This document shows, piece after piece, positions 37,348 through 50,115 of a DNA stretch of 64,000 nt; within the stretch, counting starts at the first letter, position 1; every line of letters starts with the position of its first letter. This DNA is from an uncultured Candidatus Rokubacteria bacterium. Lineage in GTDB: Bacteria > Methylomirabilota > Methylomirabilia > Rokubacteriales > CSP1-6. Where the stretch lies: positions 1,184,001 to 1,248,000 of the forward strand of contig CAVYTA010000006.1 in NCBI GenBank assembly GCA_963771355.1. Reading direction: 5' to 3'. Under the pieces are notes generated by a model, which saw only the letters and a list, made by a program, of their open reading frames with translations, was not told the DNA's origin and ran no database searches. The position numbers were made by a program, and so were the translations under genes.

Positions 37348-40300
37348 CCCGAGGCCCACACGTCCACGAGATACCGGTTCCGCGCGACGAGATCGTCGAG
37401 CCATGCCTCCGCCTGCGCCGCCGTCCCGCCGGTCTTCGCGCGGTGGATGGCGGCGAAGGCGCGCCGCACGTCGGGAGCCATGCGGGTGGCGTCCCCGCAG
37501 ACGTAGACGATCGCGCCCGCCTCCAGGAGGGTCCAGACGTCGTCCTTCCGCTCGACAACCTCGTCCTGCACATAGACGCGCGCCCGGTCGGCCACCCGCG
37601 AGAAGCAGGGATAGAGCGACGCCACCCCTCCCTCGGCGAAGGCGCGCAGCTCCCCTGCGTAGATGAAGTCCTGCTCGGGATGTCGGCAGCCGAAGAAGAG
37701 GAGGGCGGGGCCGATGGGCCGGCTCTGCGCACGCAGAGCGGCGCGCTCCTGGAGGAAGCCGCGGAACGGGGCCAGGCCGGTGCCGGGGCCGATCATGATG
37801 AGGGGCGTCGTCGGATCGTCGGGGAGGCGGAACGCCGACCGGGTGTCCTTCACGAACGCCTGGACGAGGCTTCCCTCCCCCTGGCGGAGGAGGTGATTCG
37901 AGCACACGCCCTCGAAGACCCCGCGGCCGGACCGCGCCTCGCCCGCCACTACCGCCACCGTGATGCTGCAGCGCCGCGCGTCGTGGAGCGGCGACGACGA
38001 GATCGAGTAGTAGCGCGGGCGGAGCGGCGGGAGCATCTCGAGATACACGTTGAACGGGAGCTGGCAGGCCGGGTACTCCTCGAGGAGGTCGAGCACCGAC
38101 TTGCGGCGCGCCATCACCTCGTCCTTGTAGCGTGCCTCGTCAGCCGCCAGCGCGGCCAGCCGCGGCCGCGTCCACGGGCATTCCGTGTGCTCGACCATGG
38201 TCTGGAGGTGGCGGCGCGAAGCGACCTCCTGGAGCTCCAGGTAGTCGCCGAGGAGGCGCGCGAGCGCGATCGGCGCGTCCACGGGGAGGAAGCCCGGGCG
38301 CCCGCCCTCGCGGTGGAGCCGCACGTGACTGGCCGGATCCAGGCCGAAGCGCGCGGTCACCCGGGCGACAAGCGCGTGGGGATTCCGCGGCGCCACGCCC
38401 AGATGGTCGCCTGCGCGATACGCCACCCCCGCAGGAAGCTCGAGCTCGAGGTGGCGGGTCGAGCGCTCCGACGGGAAGGGGCCGCGCCTTGGTGTGGAGC
38501 TCACGGTTAACGGCCACGCGCATGGGGCGGGCGCCATGGCCGTCCTCGCGAGTGCCCGCATCCGGCCCCGCCACGATCTCGACGGTGAGGTGCGCCGGCT
38601 CGGCGGCTTCGGCGGGGGTCAGCTCGACCCCCAGCGTGGTGGCGACGGCGCCCCAGAGCGGCTCCTGCCAGGCTTCGAACTGAGCGTCGAAGTCGTCCCG
38701 CGCGTCGCCTTCACCACGTGGGTGTAAACGCTGGGCGCCCAGCGCCTCGAGCCGAGCATCGATCAGGCGCGGGATGGCCTGGAACGTCGCCGCCCAGTCG
38801 CGGTTGCCGCAGCCGAACACCGCATAGCGGACGCCGGCGAGGGCGCCGGGGGCGAGCCCGCCGTCGCGCAGCCAGTCGCAGAAGCGCCCGGCATTGTCGG
38901 GGGGCGTGCCGTTGTAGGACGCGGTGGTGATGAGGACGGCACCCTCGCGGGGCAGCCGGCCGGCGTACTCGTCGAGGGACGCGACGGTCACTGCGAAGCC
39001 TTGCCCCTCGCCTGCCTCGGCGATGCGCCGCGCGACCTCCTCGGCGGTGCCGAGGTTCGACCCGTACAGCACGATGGAGCGGGGTCTGGTGGCCTGGGCG
39101 AGAGGCGCGCGCGGCCGGCGCGACGCGGGCGGCCACCGCCGCGCCCGTGCTCGTGGTGGCGACCGCACGTCCCGTCGCCGCGCGATCGCGGTCGGTGCGG
39201 CGCCGGACCTTGATGCGGAACTGGTCCGGCTTCACCGTGAGGGTTTCCTTGAGGGTAAGCCGGTAGCGCGTGTGATCGATGAGCTTGAAGCGCTGGAGGA
39301 TCATCCCGAGGACGAGCGCCGCCTCCTGCAGGGCGAACTGCCGGCCGATGCAGGCCCGCTGGCCATTGCCGAAGGGCTTGTACGCGTTGGCGGGACGCTG
39401 TCGCTCCGCCTCACGGCTGAAGTTGTCGGGGTTGAAGACGTCGGCCTGCTCGCCCCACACCTTCCGGTCGCGGTGGAGCATGGGACTCAGCACCACGATC
39501 TGGTAGTTCTTCCGCATCCGGTACAATCCGCCAATCATCTCGTCCTTGTACGGCGACAGCGCGAACACCGGCGCGGTGGGCCAGAGCCGGAGCGATTCCT
39601 TCAGGATCTGCTCGAGGTAGGCGAGCTGATTCACCTGGGCGTAGGTGGGTAACACCCCCGGATCCGGCCCGAGCACGCGATCCACCTCGGCGGAGGCGCG
39701 GGCGAGCACGTCGGGATTGTTGAGGAGATAGTAGACGGCGAAGGAGAGGAGCCCGCTCGTGGTCTCGTGGCCGGCGATGAGGAAGGTGATGACCTGGTAG
39801 CGGATATTGAGGTCGTCGAGCCGTTCGCCCGTCTTCCGGTCGACGCCGGAGAGCATGTGGCTGAGGAGATCGGGCTTGTCGGCGAGGTCGTCGCCGCTCT
39901 CCCGCCGCTCCCGCACGATCCGGTCCACCATCTCGTTCATGTAGCGGATGTCGGCGCGGAGCTTCCGCTCCCGGTCCTTCTTCACGATGCTCTCGAGCGG
40001 GAGACCCCGGGTCTCCATCGACGTGCCCAGCGCGCCGATCATGGCGCCCACGAAGGGGTGCGGCGACTCCCGGTAGAACGAGTTGAAGCGGTAGCCGAAG
40101 CCGCAGAGGCCGATGGTGTCGAGCGTCAGCGACGTCATGTCATGGGTGACGTCGATCTCGTCGTCGGCGTTGAGGCGGTCCCACTTGAGCACGAGCTGCT
40201 CGGCGATGTCGAGCATCATGGGGTGATAGCCCTGCATCGCGCGCTGGCCGAAGCTCGGCAGGAGGATGTTGTGCGCTCGGGACCAGTTGGGCTCCTGGGT

Positions 40301-40585
40301 GTAGGCGGTGAAGAGCCCGTCGCCCGCGAAGTCGCGCAGCCGGCGGAGAGCTCCGCGCACGCTCTTGTCGAAGCGCGACTCGTCACAGAGCTCGTCCACG
40401 AGGTCGAATCCCGAGACGATCACCACCGGCTTGCCGAGCATGTCGAGCCAGTAGATCGGACCGTACTCTTGGGCCAGCTTCATCATGTCCTGCACGGGCG
40501 AGATGGTGGTGAGCGAGAGGAGATTGCCCAGGACGAAGGTCCGCGGCGGATGGGGGATCGGGGTGAGGGCATTCTTCTTCGCCAT
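37344..40585 (-). CDS. Bifunctional cytochrome P450/NADPH-P450 reductase (CYP102, BM3-like), two apparent +1 frameshifts
   Basis: AGHETTSG and FGNGQRACIG (heme); YGSNLGT and ASYNG (FMN); RYYSISS and GPGTGLAPFRG (FAD/NADPH). Split over three frames at ~39076 and ~38486. Confidence 0.9.
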
Positions 40586-40648
40586 CTCGCTCACCCGCCC
40601 CGCGGGCCGGTGCTGCCACGGACCTGCCTCAGCGCCATCGCGCCGGAC

Positions 40649-41065
40649 TCAGGCCCGCGGGCCGCCGCCCGGGCGTAGCGTCTCTCCCGCGCGGACGAGG
40701 GCCTCCATCCACAGCTTGTAGGCCTTGCCCTGGGCCTGGGTGAGGCGGGAAATGGCGTCGGAGAGTTCGGTGGGGGAAGCGCCGGTGGCCAGCGCCAGGG
40801 GCAGGCGCATCCAGGCCTGCCCGGCGGCAAAGGCAGCCTCGTGCAGCTCGCGGAGCGCCGCCGCCCCCTCCGCGGAGATCCCGGCGCCGGCGCGCGGGAG
40901 CTGGGCCGTCCACGCGCCCGTCACCTCGCCCAAGCTCCGCGCGGTGTTGTTCCAGAACTCTTGCGCCTGGCGGAACCCTTCGAGGAGCGAGCGCGAGCCC
41001 GTCTCCCACATCTGGCGCATTTCTTCCGGATTCATGCCGGGGGGTGTGCCGGGCGGCGCGGCCAT
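40649..41065 (-). CDS. Hypothetical helical protein, PhaE/phasin-like character
   Basis: AGGAGG RBS; Trp-punctuated amphipathic helices (RQMWE, QEFWNN, KLWME). Confidence 0.6.
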   Translation of the reverse strand: MAAPPGTPPGMNPEEMRQMWETGSRSLLEGFRQAQEFWNNTARSLGEVTGAWTAQLPRAGAGISAEGAAALRELHEAAFAAGQAWMRLPLALATGASPTELSDAISRLTQAQGKAYKLWMEALVRAGETLRPGGGPRA

Positions 41066-41083
41066 GGGGTACCTCCTTTGCGG

Positions 41084-41662
41084 CTATTCCACGAACTCGG
41101 TCAGTCCCGTGACGTCGTAGGCCATGACCACGAGGTCGCGCGTCCGTCCCGCGTGATCCACCACGAAGTCCTGGAGCAACGCCTCCGGCTTGAAGCCGAG
41201 CCGCTCGAAGGTGGCGATGGCCCCCTTCTGGTCGGTGGTCATCTGGGCGACGATCTTCCGCAGACCCCGCTCGCGCCCGATGGAAAAGATCTCGCCGGCG
41301 AGGGCGCGCCCCAGGCCACGGGATCGGTACGGGAGGCCAACCTGAGTGCGGATCTCGCCGAGATGGCGTTGCCAGGCGACGCGGTTCTGGACCAGGGAGG
41401 CGTAGCCCGCAGTCTCTCCATTCGCCTCGGCGATCACGGTGGTGGCAAGCCCGGCCTCGAGATTGCGCACCCACAGCGCCACCGCGCCGGGGTCCGTGAT
41501 GTCCATCCGGAGAAAGAGGAGGTCGTCTTCGGGCAGATTCCGCGCGAAGGTCGCGATGCGCGCCGCGTCCGCCGCGGTCATGAGGCGCAGGCTCACCGGC
41601 GTTCCGTCCCCCAGCCGCACGGTGTGCGGATACGCGCGCGCAGTCGCGCGCGGCGGGGTCAT
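41084..41662 (-). CDS. GNAT family acetyltransferase
   Basis: LGDGTPVSLRLM, YRSRGLGRAL, FERLGF. Confidence 0.88.
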   Translation of the reverse strand: MTPPRATARAYPHTVRLGDGTPVSLRLMTAADAARIATFARNLPEDDLLFLRMDITDPGAVALWVRNLEAGLATTVIAEANGETAGYASLVQNRVAWQRHLGEIRTQVGLPYRSRGLGRALAGEIFSIGRERGLRKIVAQMTTDQKGAIATFERLGFKPEALLQDFVVDHAGRTRDLVVMAYDVTGLTEFVE

Positions 41663-41775
41663 GGAGAATCCTTCTGGTGGCGCATTGGCGGGTAACGCAT
41701 GGGGAGCCAGTATAAACGAGCCCTCCACGCGACACCACCGCCGACGGGGAGCGGGCACGGTACAGTGGCAGGAGC

Positions 41776-43500
41776 ATGAGCAGGATCGTCGCGACGAGCC
41801 GCGGACGGCTGGAGGGCAGCGAGGAAGGCGGTCTCGTCGTCTTCCGCGGCATTCCGTTCGCGCGGGCGCCGGTGGGCCCGCGCCGCTTCCGCCCGCCCGA
41901 GCCGGCGGAGCCGTGGGACGGCGTCCGTGAGGTCCGGCGCTTCGGTCCAGCGGCTCCGCAGAACGCCGCCGAGATGGGGCCGATCTTCCGACTCGGGATC
42001 GGCGAGACCAGCGAGGACTGCCTCTACCTGAACGTGTGGACCCCCGCTCCCGACGGCGCGCGGCGGCCGGTGCTGGTGTGGATCCACGGGGGCGCCTTCG
42101 TACTGGGCGCCGGCTCGCAGCTCCTCTACGACGGCTCCACCCTCGCCCGGCGCGGCGACGTCGTGGTCGTCACCCTCAACTACCGGCTCGGCACCCTCGG
42201 GTTCCTCCACCTCGCCACGCGCTTCGGGACGGACCTGCCCGCCACCGGCAATGAGGGGCTGCTCGACCAGATCGCCGCGCTCCAGTGGGTACGCGACGAG
42301 ATCGCGTCCTTCGGCGGCGATCCCGGCAACGTCACCATCTTCGGCGAGTCGGCGGGGTCCATGAGCTGCGCCACACTACTAGGGACCCCGCGCGCCCAGG
42401 GTCTCTTCCACCGCGCCATCCTCCAGTCCGGGGCCGCCAACTACGTGTGGTCCCGGGAGACCGCCGCGGCCGTCGCCGAGGCGGTCCTGGTCGCGCTCGA
42501 CATCGGGACGGCGGAGGCGCTATCCGCAGTCCCGCCCGAGCGGCTGCTCGCCGCCCAGCGCCGCATCTTCCTCGCGCTCGTGCTCGGCCGGGAGCACCTC
42601 CTCAATGACCTGTCCCCGGGGGGACAGCGAGTGGTGGGCGCGGCCTTCCTCGGCCTGACGCTGGCGCGCCGACCGCTCGGCGGGGCGGCCGGCGCGCTCA
42701 CGCGCGGCCTCGTCGGCGTGCTCCGGCGGCGCCAGCGGGCGCGCGCGTCGAGATCGACGCCTTCCGAGACGCCCCCCCTGCTCGTCGGGCTCCGCACGCG
42801 GGGACTGCCGTTCCAGCCGGTGGTGGACGGCCAGCTCCTGCCGCGGCCGCCCCTGGAGGCCATCGGGGGCGGGATGGCGCGACGGGTCCCCGTGCTCGTG
42901 GGGACGAACCGCGACGAGTCGAAGCTCTTTCTCTTCCTCGATCCCGAAGCCGGCGCGCTCGACGCGGCGGGCCTCGAGCGGCGCTGCGTGGAGATTCTCG
43001 GCGAGCACGCCGCGCGGGCGGTGGCGGTGTACCGGGCGGCGCGGCAGGCGCGCGGCGAGTCGATCGAGCCGGCCGAGCTCTGGGCCGCGATCGAATCGGA
43101 CCGGACCATGCGCCATCCCGCCATGCGGCTCGCCGAGCGGCAGCGGGCGCATCAGTCGCGCACCTACGCGTACCTCTTCACCTGGCCTTCACCCTTCATG
43201 GGCGGCATCCTCGGCGCCTGCCACGCCCTCGAGCTCCCCTTCGTCTTCGGCACCCTGGGCCATCCGTTGCTCCGCCCGTTCGCGGGCAAGGGGCCCGCCG
43301 CCGAGGCGTTCGCCGCAAAAATCCAGGACGCCTGGCTGGCTTTCGCACGCACCGGCGATCCCTCCCACGGAGGGATCGGAGACTGGCCCGCCTACGACGC
43401 GACCCGCCGGGCCACCATGGTGCTCGACCGCGAGTGCCGGGTGGAGCTCGCCCCCCGCGAGCCAGAACGCGCCTTCTGGGACTCGCTGGGTTCGGACTAG
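41776..43500 (+). CDS. Type B carboxylesterase/lipase
   Basis: SEDCLYLNVW, WIHGGAF, GESAG, GTNRDE, GACHALE. Confidence 0.93.
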   Translation: MSRIVATSRGRLEGSEEGGLVVFRGIPFARAPVGPRRFRPPEPAEPWDGVREVRRFGPAAPQNAAEMGPIFRLGIGETSEDCLYLNVWTPAPDGARRPVLVWIHGGAFVLGAGSQLLYDGSTLARRGDVVVVTLNYRLGTLGFLHLATRFGTDLPATGNEGLLDQIAALQWVRDEIASFGGDPGNVTIFGESAGSMSCATLLGTPRAQGLFHRAILQSGAANYVWSRETAAAVAEAVLVALDIGTAEALSAVPPERLLAAQRRIFLALVLGREHLLNDLSPGGQRVVGAAFLGLTLARRPLGGAAGALTRGLVGVLRRRQRARASRSTPSETPPLLVGLRTRGLPFQPVVDGQLLPRPPLEAIGGGMARRVPVLVGTNRDESKLFLFLDPEAGALDAAGLERRCVEILGEHAARAVAVYRAARQARGESIEPAELWAAIESDRTMRHPAMRLAERQRAHQSRTYAYLFTWPSPFMGGILGACHALELPFVFGTLGHPLLRPFAGKGPAAEAFAAKIQDAWLAFARTGDPSHGGIGDWPAYDATRRATMVLDRECRVELAPREPERAFWDSLGSD

Positions 43501-43534
43501 GGGCTGTAGCTGGCGCGAGCTAGACGAACGGCAA

Positions 43535-44924
43535 CCGGGCGTCGAGAAGGGTCCAGATGCGAGGCGGCGCCCGAGATCCGCCTGCGAGGCGTACCCCTGG
43601 TACGTTGAGCAGTGGGCTTGCCCCGCTTTCGTGGACACCCCCCGCACAAACGTGCGATAGGAGTGGTCCATGAGCGAGCGACGGAAGCGGCGGACGTTTA
43701 GCGAGGCCTTCAAGGCGGAAGCAGTGCGGCTCGTGCGGGATGAGGGCAAGACCGTGGCCGCGGCGGCGCGGGCGCTCGATCTCGCGCGAGTCGGCGTTGC
43801 GGCTCTGGGTCCGCGATGCCGAGCGCGAGGCGCGGCACACCGGGGCGCTGAGTAACGGCGGAGCGCAAAGAGCTGGAGCAGTTGCGGCGAGAGAACCGCA
43901 CGCTCCGGATGGAGCGCGACATCCTGAAAAAAAGCGACGGCCTTCTTCGCCAAGGACCACGCGTGAGGTTCGCGTTCATCCAGGCGGAGAAGGCCACCTT
44001 CCCGGTCACGGTACTCTGCCGGGTGCTGGGGGTCTCCCGTGCGGGCTTCTACGCCGCTCAGAGCCGCCCGGTGCCGCCGCGGGTCACGGCGGATGCCCGG
44101 CTGGCGGTGCAGATCGCCGCGATCCACCGGGCGAGCCGACGGTGCTACGGCAGCCCGCGCGTGCACGCCGAGCTGCGGGCCCGCGGGCAGGGCACCAGTC
44201 GCAAGCGGGTGGCGCGGCTCATGCGGCGCGCCGGGTTGGCGGCCCGCCGCCGCCGGGCCTTCCGGGTCACCACCCAGTCGCGGCATACCCACCCGGTGGC
44301 CCCGAACCGGCTGGCCCGGCAGTTCACGGCCCCAGTCCCGGATCGCGTCTGGGTGACCGACATCACGTACCTGGCGACGGTCGAGGGCTGGCTGTACCTG
44401 GCGGTGGTGCTGGATCTGTTTTCCCGCCGGGTCGTCGGTTGGGCCGCGAGCGACCGCCTCGGCGAAGGCGTCGCGCTCGAGGCGCTTGGGAATGGGGCTG
44501 GCCCGGCGCCGGCCGCGGCCCGGGCTGCTGCATCACTCGGATCGGGGCTCGCAGTATGCCAGTGCGGAGTATCGCGCGGTCCTGGCCGGGCACGGGATGG
44601 ACACCGCAGCATGAGCGCGGGTGCGGCCAGCTGCTGGGACAACGCCGTGGCCGAGAGCTTCTTCGCCGACGCTCAAGGTCGAGCTCGACCACGACGGCGC
44701 CTGGCGGACGCGGGCGGAGGCGCACCGCGCGGTGTTTGACTACATCGAACTCTTCTACAACAGCGCACGCGGCGGCACTCGACGCCTCGGCTATCTCAGC
44801 CCGCGTGGCCGTTCGAACGGCAGTGGCAGCACACCGCGTAGTGAACCTGTCCACGGAATCGGGGCAAGTCCAGCAGGCGGACGAGTGGCGCCAACGAAGC
44901 AGATGGGCCCTTATCGGCGCCCGG
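43535..44924. repeat. MITE/REP-like element copy 2, split by IS3 (43535-43612 plus 44877-44924)
   Basis: Flanks join into a homologue of 28073-28199; IRs CCGGGCGTCGAGAAGGGTCCA / TGGGCCCTTATCGGCGCCCGG. Confidence 0.85.
43613..44872 (+). mobile_element. IS3-family insertion sequence (1260 bp), transposase broken by multiple indels
   Basis: TG...CA ends; IRs TGGGCTTGCCCCGCTTTCGTGGACA / TGTCCACGGAATCGGGGCAAGTCCA; GCAG target duplication; orfA HTH; A7G slippery site 43927-43934; WVTDITY, LDLFSR, CWDNAVAESFF. Confidence 0.95.
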
Positions 44925-44926
44925 CG

Positions 44927-45688
44927 CTAGCCGGCGGTGTGGCCGCCGTCCAGAAAGATCGTCTGCCCCGTCATGTAGGACGAGGCGGACGAGGCCAGGT
45001 AGACCGCGAGGGGACCGATCTCGGACAGCTCGCCCGTCCTCCGCATGGGCACATCGCGCAGGAGCCGGTCGCGGACCTTCGGGTCCGCAAAGGCCTCCGC
45101 GTTCATGTCGGTGACGAACCAGCCCGGCGCGATGGCGTTGACCTGCACGTCGTAACGCGCCCACTCCACGGCGAGGCACTTGGTGAACGCGATGACGCCG
45201 CCCTTGGACGCGGCGTAGGACGTGTAGCCGGCCAGCCCGGCGGTCGCCATCACCGACGCCATGTTGATGACCTTGCCGGACATCTGTCCGGTGAGCTGCG
45301 CGGCGGCGGCGCGGCAGCCGTTGAAGACTCCCACGAGATTGACCTGGATGGTCCGGACGAACTCCTCCGGCGGCATCTCGAGCACCGGTCGCACGCCGGC
45401 GATCCCGGAGTTGTTCACGACGATGTGGAGACCGCCCAGCCCGCCGATGGTCCGCGCGACCAGGGCCTCCACCTGCGCGTACTCGGCCACGTCGGTGCGC
45501 ACCGCGAGGGCCCGCCGCCCGAGCTTCTCCACCTGGTGCGCGGTCTCATCGATCTCGGCGGTGGAGCGGGCGGCCACCGCCACATCGGCGCCGGCCTCCG
45601 CGAGAGCCAGGGCCATCGCCCGCCCCAGCCCGCGGCTGGCCCCCGTGACGATCGCTATCCTGCCGTCGAGATGAAACGGGGTCCCCAT
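44927..45688 (-). CDS. SDR oxidoreductase (KduD/gluconate 5-DH-like)
   Basis: TGASRGLG, YAASK, NAIAPGWF. Confidence 0.9.
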   Translation of the reverse strand: MGTPFHLDGRIAIVTGASRGLGRAMALALAEAGADVAVAARSTAEIDETAHQVEKLGRRALAVRTDVAEYAQVEALVARTIGGLGGLHIVVNNSGIAGVRPVLEMPPEEFVRTIQVNLVGVFNGCRAAAAQLTGQMSGKVINMASVMATAGLAGYTSYAASKGGVIAFTKCLAVEWARYDVQVNAIAPGWFVTDMNAEAFADPKVRDRLLRDVPMRRTGELSEIGPLAVYLASSASSYMTGQTIFLDGGHTAG

Positions 45689-45693
45689 CAGTC

Positions 45694-47487
<1,794 letters not shown>

Positions 47488-47497
47488 GGTTGTCTCC

Positions 47498-49009
47498 TCA
47501 CACCTGTGTGCGGAGCTCTTTGCGCAGGACCTTCCCGATCGGGCTCTTGGGAAGGGCCTCCACGAAGCGCACCTGCTTGGGGCACTTGTAGCGGGCCAGC
47601 CGGGTCTGGCAGAAGGCCATGACCTCGTCGGCGGTGGCGTTCTGGCCGTCGCGGAGCACCACGAAGGCGAGGACGTCCTCGCCCATGAGGGGATCCGGCA
47701 TCCCGATCACCGCGGCCTCCGCCGTCTTCGGAAACGCGTAGAGGGTCTCCTCCACCTCGCGGGGGTAGATGTTGAAGCCGCCGCGGATGATGAGATCCTT
47801 CTTCCGCTCGACGATGTAGAGGAAGCCGTCCCCGTCCAGGCGCCCCATGTCGCCGGTGTGGAGCCAGCCGCCCCGCACCGTGCGCGCCGTCTCGTCGGGA
47901 TCGCGGTAGTAGCCGAGCATCACGTTCGGGCCCTTCACGCACACCTCGCCCACCTCGCCCGGGGGCAGCGGCCGGTCGGCGTCGTCCTGGATGGTGACCG
48001 ACACCCCCGGGATGGGCTGGCCCACCGAGCCCAGCTTGCGCACCCCGGACAGCCGATGCGCCGATACCACCGGCGCGGCCTCGGTGAGCCCATAGCCCTC
48101 CATCATCTTGCCGCCGAACTTCCGCTCGAAGGGCTCGACCACCTCCACCGGGAGCGGCGCCGCCCCCGAGCCCCAGACCCGCATCGACGAGGTGTCGAAG
48201 CGGTCCGCCTCGGGATAGTTGAGGAGGTAGAGGAACATGGTGGGAACGCCCGACATCGCGCTGGCCCGGAATTTCTGGATGGTCTCCAGCACCGCCTCCG
48301 GGTTGAACCAGCGCAGCAGCACCGCGCGGGTGCCGAGGATGCTTCCCGCGTTCATGAGGGTGAGCCCGTACGAATGCGACAGCGGCAGCACTGCCACCGC
48401 CCACTCGCGCCGGTCCAGCTCGTAGAGCTCGGCGGCGGCGCGGGCGTTGGCGGCGAGGTTCGCGTGGGACAGCGCCACCCCCTTCGGCCTCCCCGTGGTG
48501 CCGGAGGTGTAGAGGATCACTGCGACCTCGTCGTCCTCGCGGTCGATGGTCTCGAAGCGCTCGTGCTCCCCCGCCGTCTCCGCGGCGAAGGACCGGGTGC
48601 GGCCGTCGGGGTCACCCTCGCCGTCCACCACCAGCACGTGGCGGAGCGTGGGGAGCACTCCGATCTGGTCCTCGACCTTCCACACCATGTCGGGGGACGT
48701 GATCACCACCTTGGCCTCGGAGTGGGCGAGGATATGCGCCACCTCGGCGGATCCCAGAAGGAAGATCACCGGCACGATCACCGCGCCCGCCTTGAGAATG
48801 CCGCCGTAGCTCTGGGTGACCTCGGGGCAGTTCGGGAGCATCACCGCCACCCGGTCGCCCGGCTCCACGCCCAGGCGCCGGAGGGCGTTGGCGAGACGGC
48901 GCGACGCGCGATCGGCTTCGACATTGGTGATCTCGCGCCCCTCGAAGGACAGCGACACGAACTCGCCGTACTTGCCGAGGCTGTCCTCCCCGAGCCGGGC
49001 CAGGTTCAT
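47498..49009 (-). CDS. Long-chain fatty acid-CoA ligase
   Basis: YTSGTTGRPKG, EGYGLTE, GWLHTGD, LPKSPIGK. Confidence 0.93.
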   Translation of the reverse strand: MNLARLGEDSLGKYGEFVSLSFEGREITNVEADRASRRLANALRRLGVEPGDRVAVMLPNCPEVTQSYGGILKAGAVIVPVIFLLGSAEVAHILAHSEAKVVITSPDMVWKVEDQIGVLPTLRHVLVVDGEGDPDGRTRSFAAETAGEHERFETIDREDDEVAVILYTSGTTGRPKGVALSHANLAANARAAAELYELDRREWAVAVLPLSHSYGLTLMNAGSILGTRAVLLRWFNPEAVLETIQKFRASAMSGVPTMFLYLLNYPEADRFDTSSMRVWGSGAAPLPVEVVEPFERKFGGKMMEGYGLTEAAPVVSAHRLSGVRKLGSVGQPIPGVSVTIQDDADRPLPPGEVGEVCVKGPNVMLGYYRDPDETARTVRGGWLHTGDMGRLDGDGFLYIVERKKDLIIRGGFNIYPREVEETLYAFPKTAEAAVIGMPDPLMGEDVLAFVVLRDGQNATADEVMAFCQTRLARYKCPKQVRFVEALPKSPIGKVLRKELRTQV

Positions 49010-49021
49010 GGCGGCAGTATC

Positions 49022-49348
49022 TTAGCGGGGCGTCACGCGGAACGCCTCGATGGAATTCGAGCTGGCGCGGTAGACCCCTTCCACCTCCACCGGCGCCCCC
49101 GGCCGCGCCGGGAAGGCTCCCGGCGCCACCACGTCCACGCTCATCCCGCCCGACATGAGGGTGAAGCGCTGGCTGGCTCCGCTCGGCACGCCCGCGATGC
49201 CCACCGTGCCGGTGACGATCACCTGCTGCTGGTCGAACCGGCCGCGCTCGGTGAACAGCACCGAGAGGGGAACCGGCTGGGCCAGGGCGGGAGATCCCGT
49301 CACCACCATCGCGAACGCCAGCAGCAACCCCGTCAGCAATCTTTTCAT
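49022..49348 (-). CDS. Secreted small OB-fold-like hypothetical protein
   Basis: Signal peptide; beta-rich VIVTGTV...VEVEGVY. Confidence 0.7.
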   Translation of the reverse strand: MKRLLTGLLLAFAMVVTGSPALAQPVPLSVLFTERGRFDQQQVIVTGTVGIAGVPSGASQRFTLMSGGMSVDVVAPGAFPARPGAPVEVEGVYRASSNSIEAFRVTPR

Positions 49349-50037
49349 GAGCAGTCCTCCTTGATCGCCTCGAGCCGCGCGATGGGGCTCGGGTGCGTCG
49401 AAAGCCAGTTGAAGTATTCGGGCCGCCGGCTCTCCCGCGCCAGGCGCCGGAGCAGCGCGGCGAGCGCGCGACAGCGGGTGCCGTCGCCCGGCAGCCGGTT
49501 CAGCAGCTCCACCGCGTAGCGGTCCGCTGCGCGCTCCTCGTCGCGGTCATAGGCGCGGAACTTGGCCAGCTCGGCGGGCTGGCGCGAGAGCATGGGCCCC
49601 GCGCCGCGCTCCTCCTGCCGGCGGGCCCGGCGCGCCACCGCGTGCTCCAGCTCCACATGTCCCAGCTCGTGCGCGAGCGCGGCGCGCAGCTCCTCAGGGG
49701 GAAGCTGCGCCAGCGCGCCTTCGGTCACGAGGAGGCTGAAGCGGCATGACGGGTGCGGCGCCACGCCGAGGTTGATGTGCTTCATCGGCAGGATCCCGAG
49801 GCCCACCGCGCAGCCGTCTTCCGGGCCCCGCCATACCCCGGAGGCGCGCAGGAGCGGGGCCAGGGCCGCCGAGATACGGAACCGGTCGTCCTCCGTCGGC
49901 GCCCGGGGTTGTACTGCCGGGCGGACGGGCGGCTTCTGCTTCTGCTGAGGGGCCTGGGAGGCACAGCCGGCCAGGAACGCCAGGGCGAGGAGAGCAATGG
50001 CTCCCAAAGGCCGACACCTTGACGCAATATAGCGCAT
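49345..50037 (-). CDS. M48 family metallopeptidase lipoprotein (start uncertain)
   Basis: LAGC lipobox, LAHELGH, EERAAD, STHP. Confidence 0.85.
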   Translation of the reverse strand: MRYIASRCRPLGAIALLALAFLAGCASQAPQQKQKPPVRPAVQPRAPTEDDRFRISAALAPLLRASGVWRGPEDGCAVGLGILPMKHINLGVAPHPSCRFSLLVTEGALAQLPPEELRAALAHELGHVELEHAVARRARRQEERGAGPMLSRQPAELAKFRAYDRDEERAADRYAVELLNRLPGDGTRCRALAALLRRLARESRRPEYFNWLSTHPSPIARLEAIKEDCS

Positions 50038-50048
50038 TGCGTTATCAT
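50019..50048 (+). promoter_or_regulatory. sigma70 promoter with overlapping palindromic operator
   Basis: TTGACG-18-TATCAT; TAGCGC-ATT-GCGTTA at 50030-50044; also ACGCAAT-7-ATTGCGT. Confidence 0.7.
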
Positions 50049-50115
50049 GACTCCATGGTTACGCCGCACTGTGACAACGGCGTCACGAATGCTTCCGAGA
50101 CGGAGGAAACGATCA

